DNA of 64,000 bases from Auanema rhodensis. Lineage: Eukaryota; Animalia; Nematoda. The stretch spans positions 124,001 to 188,000 of the forward strand of contig OZ059899.1 in NCBI GenBank assembly GCA_964057225.1. The letters are read 5' to 3'. The notes under the pieces were generated by a model. It saw only the letters and a list, made by a program, of their open reading frames with translations. It did no database searches and was not told the DNA's origin. The translations under genes and the position numbers were made by a program. Shown one piece after another: positions 57,701-64,000 of the stretch; position 1 is the stretch's first letter; each line of letters starts with the position of its first letter.

Positions 57701-60700
57701 TCATGGTTACCATAAACCAATATCAATAAAAATTTGTTTTTAGACTAATATGGACATGGGGAATCTAATTTTGAAAACCGCATCTCTTTATCTTTCACGT
57801 GAAGCGAGTTACATACCAAGTGCACATCACGTGTACATTTAATTAGCATAAATTAAAGTTCACGTAAATTTCAAAGTCATGGTTACCATGAACCAATATC
57901 AATAAAAATTTGTTTTTAGACTAATATGGACATGGGGAATCTAATTTTGAAAACCGCATCTCTTTATCTTTCACGTGAAGCGAGTTACATACCAAGTGCA
58001 CATCACGTGTACATTTAATTAGCATAAATTAAAGTTCACGTAAATTTCAAAGTCATGGTTACCATGCACTAATATCAATAAAAATTTGTGTTTAGACTAA
58101 TATGGACATGAGGAATCTAATTTTGAAAACCGCATCTCTTTATCTTTCACGTGAAGCGAGTTACATACCAAGTGCACATCACGTGTACATTTAATTAGCA
58201 TAAATTAAAGTTCACGTAAATTTCAAAGTCATGGTTACCATGCACCAATATCAATAAAAATTTGTTTTTAGACTAATATGGGAATGAGGAATCTAATTTT
58301 GAAAACCGCATCTCTTTATCTTTCACGTGAAGCGAGTTACATACCAAGTGCACATCACGTGTACATTTAATTAGCATAAATTAAAGTTCACGTAAATTTC
58401 AAAGTCATGGTTACCATGCACCAATATCAATAAAAATTTGTTTTTAGACTAATATGGACATGGGGAATCTAATTTTGAAAACCGCATCTCTTTATCTTTC
58501 ACGTGAAGCGAGTTACATACCAAGTGCACATCACGTGTACATTTAATTAGCATAAATTGAAGTTCACGTAAATTTCAAAGTCATGGTTACCATGAACCAA
58601 TATCAATAAAAATTTGTTTTTAGACTAATATGGACATGGGGAATCTAATTTTGAAAACCGCATCTCTTTATCTTTCACGTGAAGCGAGTTACATACCAAG
58701 TGCACATCACGTGTACATTTAATTAGCATAAATTAAAGTTCACGTAAATTTCAAAGTCATGGTTACCATGAACCAATATCAATAAAAATTTGTTTTTAGA
58801 CTAATATGGACATGGGGAATCTAATTTTGAAAACCGCATCTCTTTATCTTTCACGTGAAGCGAGTTACATACCAAGTGCACATCACGTGTACATTTAATT
58901 AGCATAAATTAAAGTTCACGTAAATTTCAAAGTCATGGTTACCATGCACTAATATCAATAAAAATTTGTGTTTAGACTAATATGGACATGAGGAATCTAA
59001 TTTTGAAAACCGCATCTCTTTATCTTTCACGTGAAGCGAGTTACATACCAAGTGCACATCACGTGTACATTTAATTAGCATAAATTAAAGTTCACGTAAA
59101 TTTCAAAGTCATGGTTACCATGCACCAATATCAATAAAAATTTGTTTTTAGACTAATATGGGAATGAGGAATCTAATTTTGAAAACCGCATCTCTTTATC
59201 TTTCACGTGAAGCGAGTTACATACCAAGTGCACATCACGTGTACATTTAATTAGCATAAATTAAAGTTCACGTAAATTTCAAAGTCATGGTTACCATGCA
59301 CCAATATCAATAAAAATTTGTTTTCAGACTAATATGGACATGGGGAATCTAATTTTGAAAACCGCATCTCTTTATCTTTCACGTGAAGCGAGTTACATAC
59401 CAAGTGCACATCACGTGTACATTTAATTAGCATAAATTAAAGTTCACGTAAATTTCAAAGTCATGGTTACCATGCACCAATATCAATAAAAATTTGTTTT
59501 TAGACTAATATGGGAATGAGGAATCTAATTTTGAAAACCGCATCTCTTTATCTTTCACGTGAAGCGAGTTACATACCAAGTGCACATCACGTGTACATTT
59601 AATTAGCATAAATTAAAGTTCACGTAAATTTTAAAGTCGTGGTTACCATGCACCAATATCAATAAAAATTCGTTTTTAGACTAATATGGACATGGGGAAT
59701 CTAATTTTGAAAACCGCATCTCTTTATCTTTCACGTGAAGCGAGTTACATACCAAGTGCACATCACGTGTACATTTAATTAGCATAAATTAAAGTTCAAG
59801 TAAATTTCAAAGTCATGGTTACCATGAACCAATATCAATAAAAATTTGTTTTAAGACTAATATGGACATGGGGAATCTAATTTTGAAAACCGCATCTCTT
59901 TATCTTTCACGTGAAGCGAGTTACATACCAAGTGCACATCACGTGTACATTTAATTAGCATAAATTAAAGTTCACGTAAATTTCAAAGTCATGGTTACCA
60001 TGCACCAATATCAATAAAAATTTGTGTTTAGACTAATATGGACATGGGGAATCTAATTTTGAAAACCGCATCTCTTTATCTTTCACGTGAAGCGAGTTAC
60101 ATACCAAGTGCACATCACGTGTACATTTAATTAGCATAAATTAAAGTTCACGTAAATTTCAAAGTCGTGGTTACCATGCACCAATATCAATAAAAATTCG
60201 TTTTTAGACTAATATGGACATGGGGAATCTAATTTTGAAAACCGCATCTCTTTATCTTTCACGTGAAGCGAGTTACATACCAAGTGCACATCACGTGTAC
60301 ATTTAATTAGCATAAATTAAAGTTCAAGTAAATTTCAAAGTCATGGTTACCATGCACCAATATCAATAAAAATTTGTTTTTAGACTAATATGGACATGGG
60401 GGATCTAATTTTGAAAACCGCATCTCTTTATCTTTCACGTGAAGCGAGTTACATACCAAGTGCACATCACGTGTACATTTAATTAGCATAAATTAAAGTT
60501 CACGTAAATTTCAAAGTCATGGTTACCATGCACTAATATCAATAAAAATTTGTTTTTAGACTAATATGGACATGGGGAATCTAATTTTGAAAACCGCATC
60601 TCTTTATCTTTCACGTGAAGCGAGTTACATACCAAGTGCACATCACGTGTACATTTAATTAGCATAAATTAAAGTTCACGTAAATTTCAAAGTCATGGTT

Positions 60701-61757
60701 ACCATGCACCAAATCAATAAAAATTTGTTTTTAGACTAATATGGACATGGGGAATCTAATTTTGAAAACCGCATCTCTTTATCTTTTACGTGAAGCGAGT
60801 TACATACCAAGTGCACATCACGTGTACATTTAATTAGCATAAATTAAAGTTCACGTAAATTTCAAAGTCATGGTTACCATGCACCAATATCAATAAAAAT
60901 TTGTTTTTAGACTAATATGGACATGGGGAATCTAATTTTGAAAACCGCATCTCTTTATCTTTCACGTGAAGCGAGTTACATACCAAGTGCACATCACGTG
61001 TACATTTAATTAGCATAAATTAAAGTTCAAGTAAATTTCAAAGTCATGGTTACCATGCACCAATATCAATAAAAATTTGTTTTTAGACTAATATGGACAT
61101 GGGGGATCTAATTTTGAAAACCGCATCTCTTTATCTTTCACGTGAAGCGAGTTACATACCAAGTGCACATCACGTGTACATTTAATTAGCATAAATTAAA
61201 GTTCACGTAAATTTCAAAGTCATGGTTACCATGCACCAATATCAATAAAAATTTGTTTTTAGACTAATATGGACATGGGGAATCTAATTTTGAAAACCGC
61301 ATCTCTTTATCTTTCACGTGAAGCGAGTTACATACTAAGTGCACATCACGTGTACATTTAATTAGCATAAATTAAAGTTCACGTAAATTTCAAAGTCATG
61401 GTTACCATGAACCAATATCAATAAAAATTTGTTTTTAGACTAATATGGACATGGGGAATCTAATTTTGAAAACCGCATCTCTTTATCTTTTACGTGAAGC
61501 GAGTTACATACCAAGTGCACATCACGTGTACATTTAATTAGCATAAATTAAAGTTCACGTAAATTTCAAAGTCATGGTTACCATGCACCAAATCAATAAA
61601 AATTTGTTTTTAGACTAATATGGACATGGGGAATCTAATTTTGAAAACCGCATCTCTTTATCTTTTACGTGAAGCGAGTTACATACCAAGTGCACATCAC
61701 GTGTACATTTAATTAGCATAAATTAAAGTTCACGTAAATTTCAAAGTCATGGTTACC
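54546..61757 (+). repeat. Long duplicated block B, copy 2 (M311-M351)
   Basis: Matches 41879-49090 except one SNV (T30C at 59325) and one replaced monomer (M345 vs M273). Confidence 0.9.
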
Positions 61758-64000
61758 ATGCACCAATATCAATAAAAATTTGTTTTTAGACTAATATGGA
61801 CATGGGGAATCTAATTTTGAAAACCGCATCTCTTTATCTTTCACGTGAAGCGAGTTACATACCAAGTGCACATCACGTGTACATTTAATTAGCATAAATT
61901 GAAGTTCACGTAAATTTCAAAGTCATGGTTACCATGAACCAATATCAATAAAAATTTGTTTTTAGACTAATATGGACATGGGGAATCTAATTTTGAAAAC
62001 CGCATCTCTTTATCTTTCACGTGAAGCGAGTTACATACCAAGTGCACATCACGTGTACATTTAATTAGCATAAATTAAAGTTCAAGTAAATTTCAAAGTC
62101 ATGGTTACCATGCACCAATATCAATAAAAATTTGTTTTTAGACTAATATGGACATGGGGAATCTAATTTTGAAAACCGCATCTCTTTATCTTTCACGTGA
62201 AGCGAGTTACATACCAAGTGCACATCACGTGTACATTTAATTAGCATAAATTGAAGTTCACGTAAATTTCAAAGTCATGGTTACCATGAACCAATATCAA
62301 TAAAAATTTGTTTTTAGACTAATATGGACATGGGGAATCTAATTTTGAAAACCGCATCTCTTTATCTTTCACGTGAAGCGAGTTACATACCAAGTGCACA
62401 TCACGTGTACATTTAATTAGCATAAATTAAAGTTCACGTAAATTTCAAAGTCATGGTTACCATGAACCAATATCAATAAAAATTTGTTTTTAGACTAATA
62501 TGGACATGGGGAATCTAATTTTGAAAACCGCATCTCTTTATCTTTCACGTGAAGCGAGTTACATACCAAGTGCACATCACGTGTACATTTAATTAGCATA
62601 AATTAAAGTTCACGTAAATTTCAAAGTCATGGTTACCATGCACCAATATCAATAAAAATTTGTGTTTAGACTAATATGGACATGAGAAATCTAATTTTGA
62701 AAACCGCATCTCTTTATCTTTCACGTGAAGCGAGTTACATACCAAGTGCACATCACGTGTACATTTAATTAGCATAAATTAAAGTTCACGTAAATTTCAA
62801 AGTCATGGTTACCATGCACCAATATCAATAAAAATTTGTTTTTAGACTAATATGGGAATGAGGAATCTAATTTTGAAAACCGCATCTCTTTATCTTTCAC
62901 GTGAAGCGAGTTACATACCAAGTGCACATCACGTGTACATTTAATTAGCATAAATTAAAGTTCACGTAAATTTCAAAGTCGTGGTTACCATGCACCAATA
63001 TCAATAAAAATTCGTTTTTAGACTAATATGGACATGGGGAATCTAATTTTGAAAACCGCATCTCTTTATCTTTCACGTGAAGCGAGTTACATACCAAGTG
63101 CACATCACGTGTACATTTAATTAGCATAAATTAAAGTTCAAGTAAATTTCAAAGTCATGGTTACCATGAACCAATATCAATAAAAATTTGTTTTTAGACT
63201 AATATGGACATGGGGAATCTAATTTTGAAAACCGCATCTCTTTATCTTTCACGTGAAGCGAGTTACATACCAAGTGCACATCACGTGTACATTTAATTAG
63301 CATAAATTAAAGTTCACGTAAATTTCAAAGTCATGGTTACCATGCACCAATATCAATAAAAATTTGTTTTTAGACTAATATGGACATGGGGGATCTAATT
63401 TTGAAAACCGCATCTCTTTATCTTTCACGTGAAGCGAGTTACATACCAAGTGCACATCACGTGTACATTTAATTAGCATAAATTAAAGTTCACGTAAATT
63501 TCAAAGTCATGGTTACCATGAAGCAATATCAATAAAAATTTGTTTTTAGACTAATATGGACATGGGGAATCTAATTTTGAAAACCGCATCTCTTTATCTT
63601 TCACGTGAAGCGAGTTACATACCAAGTGCACATCACGTGTACATTTAATTAGCATAAATTAAAGTTCAAGTAAATTTCAAAGTCATGGTTACCATGAACC
63701 AATATCAATAAAAATTTGTTTTTAGACTAATATGGACATGGGGAATCTAATTTTGAAAACCGCATCTCTTCATCTTTCACGTGAAGCGAGTTACATACCA
63801 AGTGCACATCACGTGTACATTTAATTAGCATAAATTAAAGTTCACGTAAATTTCAAAGTCATGGTTACCATGCACCAATATCAATAAAAATTTGTTTTTA
63901 GACTAATATGGACATGTGGAATCTAATTTTGAAAACCGCATCTCTTTATCTTTCACGTGAAGCGAGTTACATACCAAGTGCACATCACGTGTACATTTAA

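Larger units (their letters stand above)
1..64000. repeat. Tandem satellite DNA array, 176-bp AT-rich monomer, ~363.7 copies, single orientation (probable centromeric/pericentromeric satellite)
   Basis: The unit restarts at 1, 177, 353, 529 ... 63870. The last start equals 363x176+1 minus 19 single-base deletions, which matches the 19 175-bp monomers I counted. No non-satellite sequence was seen. The array itself is directly visible; the centromeric call is inference from unit size and homogeneity. Confidence 0.99.
35897..64000. repeat. Right variant domain of the array
   Basis: Characteristic variants: T27G (tgtgttt), gggaatgagg (A43G/C44A/G48A), A168G+T24C, A51G (gggggatc), C85T (ttttacg), A144G (aattgaag), C68A (aacagc), C106T (tactaag), T30A (tttaag), G62 deletion. 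None of these was seen in the first ~24 kb. Confidence 0.85.

Noticed and set aside
1-64000. CRISPR array
   Set aside because: There are no unique spacers: the entire 176 bp is repeated. No cas genes or leader are present.
1-64000. Tandem RNA gene cluster (5S rRNA, tRNA, snRNA, spliced leader)
   Set aside because: I see no recognisable 5S, tRNA or snRNA sequence, no Pol III A/B/C boxes and no cloverleaf. The unit is too AT-rich and has no gene/spacer partition.
1-64000. Assignment to known ~171-178-bp satellites (primate alpha satellite, Arabidopsis CEN178, Brassica CentBr, honeybee AluI repeat)
   Set aside because: Only the length is similar. The consensus has no AAGCTT or AGCT site and no canonical CENP-B box, and I recognise no sequence similarity. 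A database search is needed.
1-64000. Embedded transposon, inversion or telomeric repeat
   Set aside because: Monomer phase is accounted for continuously from 1 to 64000 with only 19 single-base deletions, leaving no room for an insertion. No strand switch was seen.
1-64000. A single fixed-period higher-order repeat, or a variant 'code' carrying information
   Set aside because: Periods vary (3, 5, 15, 17, 20, 29/30, 41, 70, 72 monomers), and the pattern is adequately explained by nested duplication and conversion.

Overview
The whole 64-kb window is one uninterrupted head-to-tail tandem satellite array of a 176-bp, ~32% GC monomer: 363 full copies plus a 131-bp partial copy, all in one orientation. 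Consensus: atgcaccaatatcaataaaaatttgtttttagactaatatggacatggggaatctaattttgaaaaccgcatctctttatctttcacgtgaagcgagttacataccaagtgcacatcacgtgtacatttaattagcataaattaaagttcacgtaaatttcaaagtcatggttacc. Monomers differ from the consensus by about 0-5 positions; 19 copies are 175 bp. I found no genes, RNA genes, transposons or CRISPR spacers. The nucleosome-sized unit and extreme homogeneity suggest the core of a eukaryotic (peri)centromeric satellite, but I cannot identify the species or family from the sequence. The informative structure lies in the variant pattern, which I read by eye monomer by monomer (M1-M364; variants are named by monomer position, e.g. G90T). It shows a left and a right variant domain with a transition zone, nested irregular higher-order repeats of 3, 5, 15, 17, 29/30 and 41 monomers, and two near-identical ~7-kb block duplications at ~12.3-12.7-kb offsets. 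It also shows single-monomer replacements that look like gene conversion and no CpG-deamination signature. The monomer carries three helically phased CACGT (E-box/G-box) cores, a CENP-B-box-like motif and several dyads. I see no evidence of a new gene-based system; all functional interpretations are inference.
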